The notes under the pieces were generated by a model that had not been told where the DNA came from, searched no databases, and worked only from the letters and a program-made list of their open reading frames with translations. Positions 40,636 through 54,002 of a stretch of DNA of 64,000 nucleotides are shown here, in pieces. Source of the DNA: Chara braunii (taxonomy: Eukaryota; Plantae; Charophyceae). Location: positions 6,621,038-6,685,037 of the forward strand of contig BFEA01000013.1 in NCBI GenBank assembly GCA_003427395.1. Direction: 5' to 3'. Numbering within the stretch: the stretch's first letter is position 1; every line of letters starts with the position of its first letter. A program made the position numbers and the translations under genes.

Positions 40636-41734
40636 GCATTTACAGGATATCTATATATTTTTTTCATTATCACAAGAGGAAGTTAGACACCCCAGGGCTT
40701 GACCCAACCCATTTATGAGTTGCATTTATAGGCTGTATAGGTACAAGAGTTATTCATTGACTCAACTTTCCCGATTGAGAGTGGTTAGTGAGGCTTCGAC
40801 CCAACTTCGATCTGCACGGGCTATGTTGGCCTGCGGTAGGAGATCAACCCCTCAGTTAGGTCGCTCAGAGGCTTTTTTCTGGAGTACCACACGCCCAACT
40901 GAGAGAGCGTGCCCACTGGTTGGGAAAACTTTCGCCAGAGGCCCAAGCGTGTGGGCAACCACCTAGTCGAATGAAGATTGATGGGTTAGGGTTTATTTTC
41001 CAGTCAAGGAGGAATGTTTGTCATCTCTACTAATTGAGGAACCACTTAATAAACATTTTGGTAGGTTTCTTGTCATATAATCTTCTTGATTACCTTCTAG
41101 TCTTTCGACACTTGCTTCTAATGACATCTCTCAGTTCCTTCATGCTAGTCTATTTTGAAACCTTTCTCTTAGATAAGAGTCAGAATGGGAAGGTAGAAAA
41201 TCCTTAGAGCTAGTAGTTAGACTGTATAGGTTGTGCAACTACACGACTCGGGGATAAGGTTGTAATCATTATGATTGTAGTTTGACCCTGCTTTTGACAG
41301 TTCTTAGTAGGAGATCGATTTTTTTTAATCTAAAAGGATGAATAGTGTGTCAAGGTCAGCTAAATCATTAGGTCTGGGCTATCTACCATATGATAACTAA
41401 CGACCTTTTCATCTGATCCAGGTGTAATCAACTAGTTCAAAGGTGAACAACGATTGATAGGTACTGGCTGCAACGATTAATACACATGGAGTGTTTGGTC
41501 TTTTATGAGGTATGTAACATTTTTTTTTTCTTTTTTCGAGAGTTATTTTTTCCATCTGTTTAAAGTTTTTTTTTTTTTTTTTTTTTTTTTTTTCCCCGTC
41601 GTTTGTAAGGGTGATATAAGATGCTAAAATGTCTAAGTAACTCAGGAAAATCAGGAAGTGTGTTTTGCTAACGAAACATAGAATTTATACAGGATATAAG
41701 ATGTTAGAAAATCTCTCAAATTCTGAAAACCAAG

Positions 41735-44340
41735 ACCTCGTCTCGGGTATGAAACACCGAAAATCCCGAAGTGTGTTTCGGTAATGAAACACCGAATATG
41801 CACTCAGATATTAGCCTAAAACAACTAAGTAATCCCGAAAACCCTGAAGTGTTTTCCGGTAATGAAACCTCGAATGTGCACTCTGATATTAATCTAGGAA
41901 AACTAACTAAATCCCGAAAAGCCCGAAGTGCGTTTCGGTAACGAAACACCGAATATGCACTACGATATAACTCCACAAAAGACTAAATAAATCCCGAAAA
42001 CCCCAAAGTGCGTTTAAGTAATGAAACACATAATGTACGTTTAAATATTAATCCCCAAAAGACTAAGTAAATCTTGAAAACCCCGAAGTGCGTTTCGGTA
42101 ACGAAACACCGAATGTGCACTTAGATATAGGTCCCCAAAAGACTCAGTAAATCCCGAAAACCCCAAAGTGCGTTTCGATAACGAAACACCGAATGTGCAC
42201 TCGGATATACCCCCCCCAAAAATACTACGTAAATCTCGAAAACCCCGAAGGGCATTTTGGTAACGAAACACGGAATGTGCACTCAAATATTGGTCCCCGA
42301 AATACTTAAGTAAATCCCGAAAACCCTGAAGTGCATTACGGTAACGAAACACTGAATTTGCATTCTGATATTACTGACCAAAAACACGAAGTAAATCCCG
42401 AAAACCCCGAAGTGCGTTTCTGTAACGAAACACTGAATGTGCACTCAGATATTAGTCTCTAAAAGGCTAAGGAAATTTTGAAAACCCCAAAGTGCGTTTC
42501 AGTAACGAAACACCGAATCTGCACTCATATATTAGTCTTAAGCAACTAAGTAAATCTTGAAAACCCCGAAGTGCGTTTCGGTAACGAAACACCGAATGTG
42601 CACTCATATATTAGTTCAAGAAACTAAGTAAATTTCGAAAACCCCGAAGTGTGTTTGGGTAACGAAACACCGAATGTGCACTAATATATTAGTCTAAAAA
42701 AACTACGTAAATTTCAAAAACCCCGAAATGCGTTTCGATAACAAAACTCCAAATGTGCACTCAGATATTACTTCGCAATAACACTAAGTTAACCTCGAAA
42801 ACCCTGAAGTGTGTTTTGGTAACAAAACACCGAATGTGCAGTCGGAACGAAAAACTGAATTTGCATTCGGATATTAATGCGTAAAAACCCGAAGTAAATC
42901 CCGAAAACCCCGAAGTGCCTTTCGGTAACGAAACACTAAATGTGCACTCAGATATTAGTCTCCAAAAGATTAAGGATATGCTGAAAACCCCGAAGTGCGT
43001 CTCAGTAACAAAACACCGAATCTGCACTTATATATTAGTCTTAAGAAACAAATTAAATCCTGAAAACCCTGAAGTGCGTTTCGGTAACGAAACACCGAAT
43101 GTGCACTCAGATATTAGTTTTAAGAAACTAAGTAAATTCTGAAAACCCGAAGTGCGTTTGGGTAACGAAACACCGAATGTGCACTCATGTATTAGTGTCA
43201 AGAAACTAAGTAAATCCGAAAAACCCCGAAATGCGTTTCGGTAACAAAACACCGAATGTGCACTCAAATATTACTTCGCAATAACACTAAGTAAATCTTG
43301 AAAACCCTGAAGTGTGTTTCGGTAACAAAACACCGAATGTGCAGTCAGATACAACTCCCCAAAAATGCTATGTAAATTCTGAAAACCCTGAAGTGCGTTT
43401 CGATAACGAAACACTAAATGTGCATTCAAATATTACTCCACAAAAACACTAAGTAAATCTCGAAAACCCGGAAGTGGGTTTTGGTAACGAAACACCGAAT
43501 GTGCACTCATATATAACTCTCTTAAAAGAGCAAGTAAATCCTGGAAACCCCGAAGTGCGTTTCGGTAACTAAACATTGAATGTGCACTTGGATATTAGTC
43601 CCCACAAGCTAAGTGAATCCCGAAAACACCGAAGTGCGTTTCGGTAACGAAACACTGAATGTGCACTCGGATATTAGTCTCCAAAAGACTAAGTAAATAC
43701 CGAAAATCCCGAAGTGCGTTTCGGTAACGAAACACCGAATGTGCACTCAGATATTAGTCTAAAAAAGACTAAGTAAATCCCGAAAACCCTGAAATGTGTT
43801 TCGATAATGAAACACCAAATGTGCACTGAGATACTAGTCTTAAGAAACTAAGTAGAAAACCCCGAAGTGCATTTCGGTAACGAAACACCAAATTAGCACT
43901 TCGATATTACTCTGCAAAAACACTAAGTAAATCCTGAAATCCACAATGTGCGTTTCAGTAACGAAACACCGAATGTGCACTTGGATATTAGTCGCAAAAA
44001 GACTAAGTAAATCACGAAAAGTCCGAAGTGCGTTTCGGTAACGAAACACCGAATATGCACTCGAATATATCTCCCCAAAAAGACTAAGTAAATCCCGAAA
44101 ACTCTGAAGTGCGTTTAAGTAACGAAACACCGAATGTGCATTTGGATATTAGTCTCCTAAAAAACTAAGTAAATCCGAAAATCTCGAAGTGCGTTTCGGT
44201 AACGAAACATCGAATGCGCATTCGGATATTAGTATAAAAAAGACTAAATAAATCTCGAAAACGCCAAAGTGCGTTTCGATAACGAAACACCGAATGTGCA
44301 CTCAGATATTAGTCGAAAAACGACTAAGTAAATCCTGAAG
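41735..44340 (-). repeat. Satellite array 2, ~81-bp monomer, roughly 32 copies, homologous to array 1 but inverted
   Basis: Consensus (+) ~CTAAGTAAATCCCGAAAACCCCGAAGTGCGTTTCGGTAACGAAACACCGAATGTGCACTCAGATATTAGTC-N-AAAAGA; its reverse complement aligns to the array-1 monomer. Confidence 0.95.
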
Positions 44341-46599
44341 TGTAGGATCTACAAATGGATGTGTTTACCTTCGTTGTACCATACGTAACACTCTTTTCAT
44401 TATGGAGTCGGTTAAATATATGCCTTTCATTAACCACTTCTCCACAACAATGACCACAACTCTGATCATGATAGTAATAATAATCCCCAAAATAACAACA
44501 TAGTAGCTAGAACAATCAAACCAGTGATAGTCGTACACCAACTAGCAGCAGGGGTAGTACCAACAATGACGTGACCCTTGCAGGTTCAGCCCACACCTCA
44601 AAGGAAACACGGGTTAAGTTCTTTTCGCAAATGCGCAGCGTTGCATACAACAAAAATGTATGCGCAAAGTATAGGAACAACAATACTGTATCGTAGCTTA
44701 ACCAACAATTTGTTGCTGCCATTCCAATTGAGAATTGCAGGAGCATTGTCCCCCGCAATTTTTATGAATCCGAGGTAGCAGTAGCACACCGGATTGCAAG
44801 TTGGCGTGTACACCGCCCGACCCCGAAGAGTTCAAAACTATGTTTCCTCAATCTGTCCGCAGTTTTAGTATTGGGCTCGGGCCTGTATCTCTACAATCCG
44901 CTGGTGTACCAACTGGGCTACGACTGTCCGCACCAAGGTTGGTCCTGGAAAAAGGGACTTAAAGAAATCGTAAATAATAATAATAATACATAAGAGAAAA
45001 AAAAAAAAAACTTTGGGGTATTCCGATGGAGAGGAGAACCGCCAATCCTCCTTTTGTCCCACCAGTCGATCCCGAAGTCAGGGCCGATGATAAAACCAAG
45101 GGGGATAGTCCCGCCAGACCCTCAACCCCTCAGTTTTCCTTCAAAATGCCCTGATGCTCCTTCCACGTCGGATGCTGGCCTCGATCCCCGAGTCTCCCAA
45201 ATGAAAGTCCAACAATGTAACCAATAATCTTCGGCCCAAGGCTGAACCTAGTGTTGGCGGCAAACTATATAAGTGGGTACCGTACGACGTGCAGACCGCC
45301 CAAACCACACTTCGGTCTATCAATTAAATTTTCCACGACCGTCGAACCCTCGCGTTTTCCTCACGCCTTGTCTCTCACATACTATGATTATTTACTTTGT
45401 TATGTGTTATCGCCGATGTTGTACTTCGCACGTACACACAAGTCACAAGCAAGTGCACCCATCAAGAGACAAAATCTTTTTAATCCTAGTTAAATCAGAA
45501 TATATATATCGTCACAAACAGAACTGCCCGGTAAACCGTAGGCAGAGAGAGAGAAGAGGACAACAAACGAGGGGTTGTGACAAACTGTTTCGTCGGAGTT
45601 TCACCGACTCATCAAGAGGCTGAACCCTCAACAGTCTGCAGAATCCCCTCACTGCTTACACTGTAAATGATAATCTACCTTAACCAAAATCAAAGTAGAA
45701 TATCACTCACCCACACCAGATGGAAAACTCTACAGATTGTTGGTTCACACCCCATCATAAGCCAGCAAAACATCCACGAAACAAAGAAAGGTCTGTCACA
45801 ACCAAAAAATACACTCCAGACACGCCGCTGGCACTAGAGGCACAACATGGCCGCCTAGTAACGGCCCCGACCACTGCCGCTATATATATATATATATATA
45901 GACCGTAGTAAAACGTTCTATTCAGCCGTAACAAGTGCTCTCCGAACCGTGCGAGATGGTCGCCCATCACACGGCTCTCCAACCTGAGTAACCTTTGTGG
46001 CGTGCTGGGATGGTTGGATTTGGCCGGCGGCGTATTATCTTGTTTACTTACCCACTCTCTAGACTCAATTATATCTGGAGAGAGAAAGAAGAAAGTCCAT
46101 CTCTCATTTCTCAATCACAAGAGATGAAGATAAAGTATATATATATATTTTGGTCGGCAACAGCGCCGACTCTACAATCATTAACAATGAAGAAAAGATC
46201 ACTCGTGCCTTAAGTCTGCGCACCCACACACACTCTACTTTAGTCAACCACTCAGTCAACCCAAACAACAAACATAGCCGCACCTCGTGCGGTATACTTA
46301 AAAATTTTAAACCAAACTTATTTTTTCCATCGTTTGCAAAAACCAGGGTGGATACCCTTGTAAGGGTATTCGCGCCGACATCGACTCACTGACCGGTTCC
46401 CCACGACTTCTAACTCGGAGACGTTGTCGGGTGGCCAAATCCTGTTGGCCACCCGAAACGAGGGCTTTAGGAGTCTATATCTACCTACTATTTCAATTTT
46501 CGACTCTTCTTTTATCTTACAGGTGATGGAAAAACGGGTTGTCTGGGTCGACCCCTGTTTTCCGCTCCTCCACTCACTGACACGACCCTATTAATATAT

Positions 46600-46701
46600 A
46601 TTTTATTTTGCTATTTTATCATTTTTTAACACCCCTTGTGAGGGTCTATTTTGTCGCTATTTTATCATATTTTTGACACCCCTTGTGAGGGTCTATTTTG
46701 C
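46600..46701. repeat. ~48-bp tandem duplication (ACACCCCTTGTGAGGGTCTATTTTG core)
   Basis: Two directly visible copies. Confidence 0.8.
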
Positions 46702-46824
46702 CTTTACTTTTATTCCCTCTGACGCTCGGTCGCGGGTATGCGGGTGTGCTTCCGCGTAACTGGTTTTATCATTTACGTGGCTGAGTCGAAGGCGGGTATC
46801 TATTTATTTTTGTTGCTAAATTAT

Positions 46825-46855
<31 letters not shown>

Positions 46856-47410
46856 TATTCAAGAATGATTAAAATAAATTTGTTTTCCGTTCTTTTTGTT
46901 TGTTTTCTGTTTTTGAGACCGGTTATGTTTTGCCCCGGCTCTACCCCGATCTATGTGGTTCGATTTGACCATAAGTGACCCCTTTATTTTTGTGAGTGCA
47001 TAATTTGGCAAACATTACGATTTTGAGGACGACGACGCGTACGAGCAACTGACCGATTCATACGTGACAACTAATATCTCGTTGTCCGGTATGAGTTTGA
47101 ACTACGACGTTCTATAGTGATCGTTGTCACAACAACTATTTGGTGGGTTTGCTTGATCTTCAACACTCTGTTTATTCAGCGGTTTCCTCGGTTTAGTTTT
47201 TCGATAGTCCGGTTCATTCAGCGACTTCGATGATTCTTCAACAATAGTCTGGGAAGTATTCAAAGCCCGTGATATTTTGACCGTGGTTATGGTTTAGGGT
47301 TGGTCCCATCTGACCTAACGATTTGCCTAGGCCTTAGTCTCTTATTTGGGTCAACTTATTTGCTTTTCGACATGAACTTACCATTTCAGTCTATCTTTGG
47401 CAAAAAAACA

Positions 47411-47617
47411 TTTACCATTCAGGGCCAATTGGCCGTTGCCGGTCCCGCTGCTGGCCTCATTTACCATTCAGGGCCAATAGGTTGCTGCCGCTGCCGCTAC
47501 CGCTGCCGTTGTCGGCCTTATTTACCGTTCAGGGCCATGCTGCCACTGTTGGCCTCATTTACCGTTCAGGGCCAACAAGTCGCTGCCGCTGTTGACCTCA
47601 TTTACCGTTCAGGGTCA
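47411..47617. repeat. Minisatellite with conserved 17-bp core TTTACCRTTCAGGGYCA x5 and variable-length GC-rich linkers
   Basis: Cores at 47411, 47460, 47521, 47558 and 47601 (periods 49, 61, 37, 43). Confidence 0.85.
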
Positions 47618-47865
47618 TTAGGTCATTGTTTGCCTGTTTCTGGAACTGCCACTTTAGCTATGTGATCCCGCTGACCATTATTGGACTGGTGGCGTCGAGC
47701 ATGTTTAGACTGGACAATAGCTAAGGCCTGCAACAATTATTGGCTAGGCGTTGGACTGCAACATAAAAATTGTCGCTGGATTTCAACAAATTTTCATTTG
47801 CATTTCATTCTTTTTCAACCCTCAAGGGTTGTGACCAACGGTTGAAAGTGGGTCTTCGGTTGTGT

Positions 47866-47990
47866 TCAACTTCTTCTCAACGAGTCCAACATGGATTCAT
47901 ATAGACCTCCAACTTTTTTCCAACACTATTCAACTTTTTCTCAACAAGTCCAACATGGATTCATAGAGACCTCAAACTTTTTTCCAATAA
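47866..47990. repeat. ~64-bp tandem duplication (TCAAC.AGTCCAACATGGATTCATA.AGACCTC)
   Basis: Two directly visible copies. Confidence 0.8.
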
Positions 47991-49379
47991 GTTTTCAACA
48001 TTGTTGTTAACCCGTATTTTGACACATAATTAAGTATCGCACATGTGTGTGTGTGTGTGTCGATTCAATATTGTAGGCTGGTCTTGTACAATTGTATGTT
48101 TTTGTGGTACTATTTGGCCCCAACTAATTGTTCTCTTAGCCTTTTGCTTGTGTCGGATGAGTTGCATATGTTGTTGTGGCGCATGTCCATAATGTGTGCG
48201 CAGTTTCATTGCATGCATGTACGTACGTTGCAAGGAGTAAGTGGTCGTGTGTGCACGTTTATGTTCAATACTGCGAGCGAATCTCGCACACGAGTGTGGT
48301 TTTGTGGTGTTATTTCACCCCCACTAACTGTTATGACAACCTTTCACTCGTGTCGCTTAAGTTGCATGATGGGTTGTATAACATATCCACACTATGTCGA
48401 TTCAATAGTGCAGGCCGTGGGCTAGCGAGCCCGATGATTGAAGGGTTGGATCGAGGGCAGATCCGGCTGATGCGGCAAGTGGCAGCCGGTTCCAAGTGAC
48501 CCCAGTGAGGCTCACGCCGAGCCTGGTGCATAGGAATATATGCAGCAGAAAGCTTAATTTGAGGGGATTCAGACTGAGGCGACCAAAGGGAACGCAACGT
48601 ATGGACTGTGACCACAGGGAACACAGCTCACGAGTTTGTTAGACGAGCGGCGCCACAGTTCAGTGGTGGTCAACGTGAACATGGTGGTGTTTTAGGTAGC
48701 TAGTGGACGTTCACGAGAGGTGAGAAAGGTTCGAGAGAGGCGGCGAGCGAAAGAAGGAAAATGAAAGAGGTTATACAAGAGGAGTAATAAAAAAGGTAAC
48801 CCACACGAGCGTCCATTGAGGGACTTCTACACTCACGAGTATCTTTCCATGTCCTAGTTGAAGATTTGTTCTCGCTGTTACACTGATGTTCTAGCTGAAG
48901 ACACATTCAACTTTCTTATCTGATGAGCCCACGGCGGTACCAGTACAGCACGGGTGACCGAGTGTGAGTATGACTGTGTATTTTCCCATATTCTAACTAA
49001 GGATTTGTTTCAGTTTCCGCTTCTGACGACCCTTAAGCGACTCCCATAGTGCAGAGAACAATATATTTTTCCATGTTCTAGCCCGGGAGGGTACATTCAT
49101 CCTTCCCTCGTTGGTGGGCATCGAGCGCGAACTGTAGCACATGGAAAACAAAAAGTGATGCATCTCCCCCTGTTCTTCCCAATGATTTTGAATCCCTTGA
49201 TTGGTGAGTTTCCTTATTTGTTGAATAGTTAGCTGGAGCTATGATTGCATAGGAGATAAATTCATTAAATAAATAAATTTTGCAGTGTGTCTTACATGTT
49301 TCAACAAAGGATTCCTTCTCATTACACAGAGCAGCGCAAGAGCGCTGAACCATAGAGTCACATTCGCATTCACATTCTG

Positions 49380-50181
<802 letters not shown>

Positions 50182-50687
50182 CATATAAAGAGTGAGGTAA
50201 GAGTGTAAGAGAGAGAGGGAGACTGCGCAAGCAAAGAAAGGGAGAGCGCAAGTATTGTTTGTGTGAGAGAGTGAAAGTAGAGAGAGGGAGTAAGGGGGTT
50301 GTCTGGTATAGGAGAGTGAACGTACATAATTTCTCACATTTTTTGTAATTAAGCAACAGCAGAAAAAAAGTCAGCAAGATGGGCGGGTTCTTAATTTGTC
50401 ATAAACGTCGATAAAGAGAGAGCATGATTTCATGTGGTTACAAACAACTTACAATGGACTTAAAATGAAAATTCTGAAATGTTAATCAACATATTCCAAC
50501 AGGTTTCAACAGGTTTCAACCAATTTCAACACGATTTCAACTAGTCTCACCTTTCATCGTGTTGTATACTTGTGAGTCCAAAAAATAAAATAGAAAAATT
50601 GTATATCAAAACCATATTGCTATGTACTAGCCATATCCATATATACATCATTCCCTTCCCCATCTTGCCTACCCTCTCTTTGCCCCT

Positions 50688-50932
50688 TTTCTCATGTTGA
50701 GTCGAGTAATATTAGACTGGTCAGTAGGTGCCTACTCTTTGTGCGTAGACACATTGATTCTGTAAATAAATGTAGGCACCTACCGACCTATGTATCACTT
50801 TCCCCTCCTCCACTCTCCTTCCTCACTACCCTTCCTCATGTTGAGAGAGAGTTATATTGGACGGGTCAGTAGGTTTATACACTTTGTGCTAAAACACATT
50901 GATTCCAAAAATACATTTAGGCACCTACTTAC
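50688..50932. repeat. Diverged ~145-bp-period duplication
   Basis: CTCATGTTGAG...GGTCAGTAGG...ACACATTGATTC...TAGGCACCTAC occurs twice. Confidence 0.75.
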
Positions 50933-51551
50933 CTTCTTACTTTTGACCATTTACTGGGTGTAACTCTATATTTATGGTTTTGATTGAGGTGTGTTACTTA
51001 TAAAGATGAAAAATATACGCGTCTGTAACTTAAAAGGATGTTGAGCAGCATATTGCCTACTACTTGCCATCCACGTTTTGTGAACATTGACCCTTCCAGC
51101 CCTTGGTCCCCCCTCCCCCCCTGCCCCCCCCTGCACCCACAACCTCGCTCTCGTGATCACATAAAGTTCAAATACACTGGATTGGTTATTAGTCACTGCT
51201 CAATGTGGCTCGGGGGGAGTAACGAGCTATATCTAGGCAGCAGGCGCCAATCTTGCCCAGTAAAGTACACGAGGTCAATGGGGATTGAACCGAAGGTCTC
51301 CTGGGCATTCCTTACGATCTGGATTGATTGCAGTTGAATCCGACACGAATCTGTGGATGGCGTAATGGTGTTGTTTTTTCTTTTTTTCGTAGGTGGGGGA
51401 GGGGGATGTCCTTTAGATATCATTATTGAACTGACCGGTCACATGTATTTAAAAAATGCTTTATGATTGTCTTCTGACTGTATTTTTTTCTTTTTTTGTA
51501 TCTTTTGTATATTTGTCTGTCAATTTACTTTTATATATATATTTTACTCAT

Positions 51552-51740
51552 TTATCTCATCCTCTCACTAGTCTATGCATAGTAAGGGGGAACACCCATC
51601 TATCTATCCTCTCACTAATCTATGTATAGTAAGGGGGAAAACCCATCTATCTCATCCTCTCGCTAGTCTATGTATAGTAAGGGGAAACACCCATCTATCT
51701 CATCCTCTTGCTAGTCTATGTGTAGTAAGTGGGGAACACC
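51552..51740. repeat. ~45-50-bp minisatellite x4 (ATCCTCTCRCTAGTCTATGTATAGTAAGGGGRAACACCCATC)
   Basis: Directly visible tandem copies. Confidence 0.9.
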
Positions 51741-52494
51741 AACGAGACACAAAACTCTCCTCGCCCCTCGAGATAGGTTTACACCATAGCAACGACGCAA
51801 GAGCAAGGCTTGTATTAGCCCCTCATCACGATGATGCGGGGTGACCGAACATTGTTGATGGAGGAAACTGGTGATGCTACAACTCTTGTGGTGGTATCTG
51901 GATTCGACCATCGGTCTGTTTCTGGATAACTCTTGGGTGTAACCATTCTCAGACACTTGTTGGTGTGCCTATGGTTTTACAATTCCTGGCGGGAAGGCTA
52001 GGTCCCATGTTTGAACGTTTTGTACGCAGCCAGGAGGCTGCACTTTACTCCAGAAAATTTTGTCTTGTAGTCAAACTTTTGTTTTCCTGTGTGTTGTGTA
52101 GGTGAATGTGGGGTTAAATTGTGGTTTATCAGGGGACAAGCCCAAAAAAATAGGGTTGAAGGTGTAAGGTCGGTAGTCATGTAAGGTGTTAGGTGGGGGA
52201 CCGACAACAGTTCGTGCGTTTTAGGTGGCATCCGGGAGCCTCTTAGGATTTTTTTTTTTTTTCCTGTTGCCCCACATGCACAGTTTCGTAATGGAAATAA
52301 ATGTGTTTTGGGTATACGAAGTGACCAGCCTGAATAACGAAGCACTATTTCACTACGTTTTGAACTGAGGTCTGTATATCCACAGTTCACATGTGCACCA
52401 ATTGAACCAGGCCCCATTGGTAGCTGCAATATATTGGTGAGTCAGTCCGACTTTTTTTTTTTTTTTTTTTTTTTTAGAAGGCTAATTTTTTAAA

Positions 52495-53843
52495 ACCACC
52501 AGTACCTCGCCCATGTATGAAGTTCGAGGCTTGGACTACCAGTAGCCCGATCATTCCCGAGCCTCAGACTTTATTGCCAAGCCTAAGACAACCGATAATA
52601 CATCACTGAAAAATAAAAAAAAATAAAAAAACAAAAACAAACATACAACATTCTAAAAAAAAAACAAAAAACAAAAAAAAAACAAAGGAAATCAGAAATG
52701 CCCAATGAGAATGAATCTTCCTCGATAAAGAGGAAGATTCATTCTCATGAGAGGTTCACACACACAGAGAGTGAACGGGGGGGGGNNNNNNNNNNNNNNN
52801 NNNNNNNNNNNNNNNNNNNNNNNNNNNNNNNNNNNNNNNNNNNNNNNNNNNNNNNNNNNNNNNNNNNNNNNNNNNNNNNNNNNNNNNNNNNNNNNNNNNN
52901 NNNNNNNNNNNNNNNNNNNNNNNNNNNNNNNNNNNNNNNNNNNNNNNNNNNNNNNNNNNNNNNNNNNNNNNNNNNNNNNNNNNNNNNNNNNNNNNNNNNN
53001 NNNNNNNNNNNNNNNNNNNNNNNNNNNNNNNNNNNNNNNNNNNNNNNNNNNNNNNNNNNNNNNNNNNNNNNNNNNNNNNNNNNNNNNNNNNNNNNNNNNN
53101 NNNNNNNNNNNNNNNNNNNNNNNNNNNNNNNNNNNNNNNNNNNNNNNNNNNNNNNNNNNNNNNNNNNNNNNNNNNNNNNNNNNNNNNNNNNNNNNNNNNN
53201 NNNNNNNNNNNNNNNNNNNNNNNNNNNNNNNNNNNNNNNNNNNNNNNNNNNNNNNNNNNNNNNNNNNNNNNNNNNNNNNNNNNNNNNNNNNNNNNNNNNN
53301 NNNNNNNNNNNNNNNNNNNNNNNNNNNNNNNNNNNNNNNNNNNNNNNNNNNNNNNNNNNNNNNNNNNNNNNNNNNNNNNNNNNNNNNNNNNNNNNNNNNN
53401 NNNNNNNNNNNNNNNNNNNNNNNNNNNNNNNNNNNNNNNNNNNNNNNNNNNNNNNNNNNNNNNNNNNNNNNNNNNNNNNNNNNNNNNNNNNNNNNNNNNN
53501 NNNNNNNNNNNNNNNNNNNNNNNNNNNNNNNNNNNNNNNNNNNNNNNNNNNNNNNNNNNNNNNNNNNNNNNNNNNNNNNNNNNNNNNNNNNNNNNNNNNN
53601 NNNNNNNNNNNNNNNNNNNNNNNNNNNNNNNNNNNNNNNNNNNNNNNNNNNNNNNNNNNNNNNNNNNNNNNNNNNNNNNNNNNNNNNNNNNNNNNNNNNN
53701 NNNACTCGGTGTCAGAAACTGCCTCACGCCCTCTCTCTCTATCTCTCTCACTCTCTCTGTGTGTCATCGTTCAAATGCGAATGAATCTTTCCCGTTATCG
53801 AGGAAGATTCATTTGCATTTGAAAGTTGACACACACACACACA

Positions 53844-53918
<75 letters not shown>

Positions 53919-53948
53919 TCAACGTTCAAATGCGGAAGATTCATTCGC

Positions 53949-54002
<54 letters not shown>

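Noticed and set aside
37892-44130. Many ORFs in the satellite arrays
   Set aside because: These are translations of the tandem monomer, with no consistent frame.
41735-44340. CRISPR-like look (palindromic conserved part, more variable part)
   Set aside because: Variable parts are homologous to each other, not unique spacers; eukaryotic context with no cas-like ORF.
48920-48945. CTGATGA-GCCcacGGC hammerhead-like core; also a 10-bp inverted repeat with 48414-48423
   Set aside because: GAAA is replaced by GGTA, no stem I or III is evident, and no TSD flanks the inverted repeat.
52698-53822. Long ORFs of 331-374 aa
   Set aside because: Artefacts of the N gap (52786-53703).
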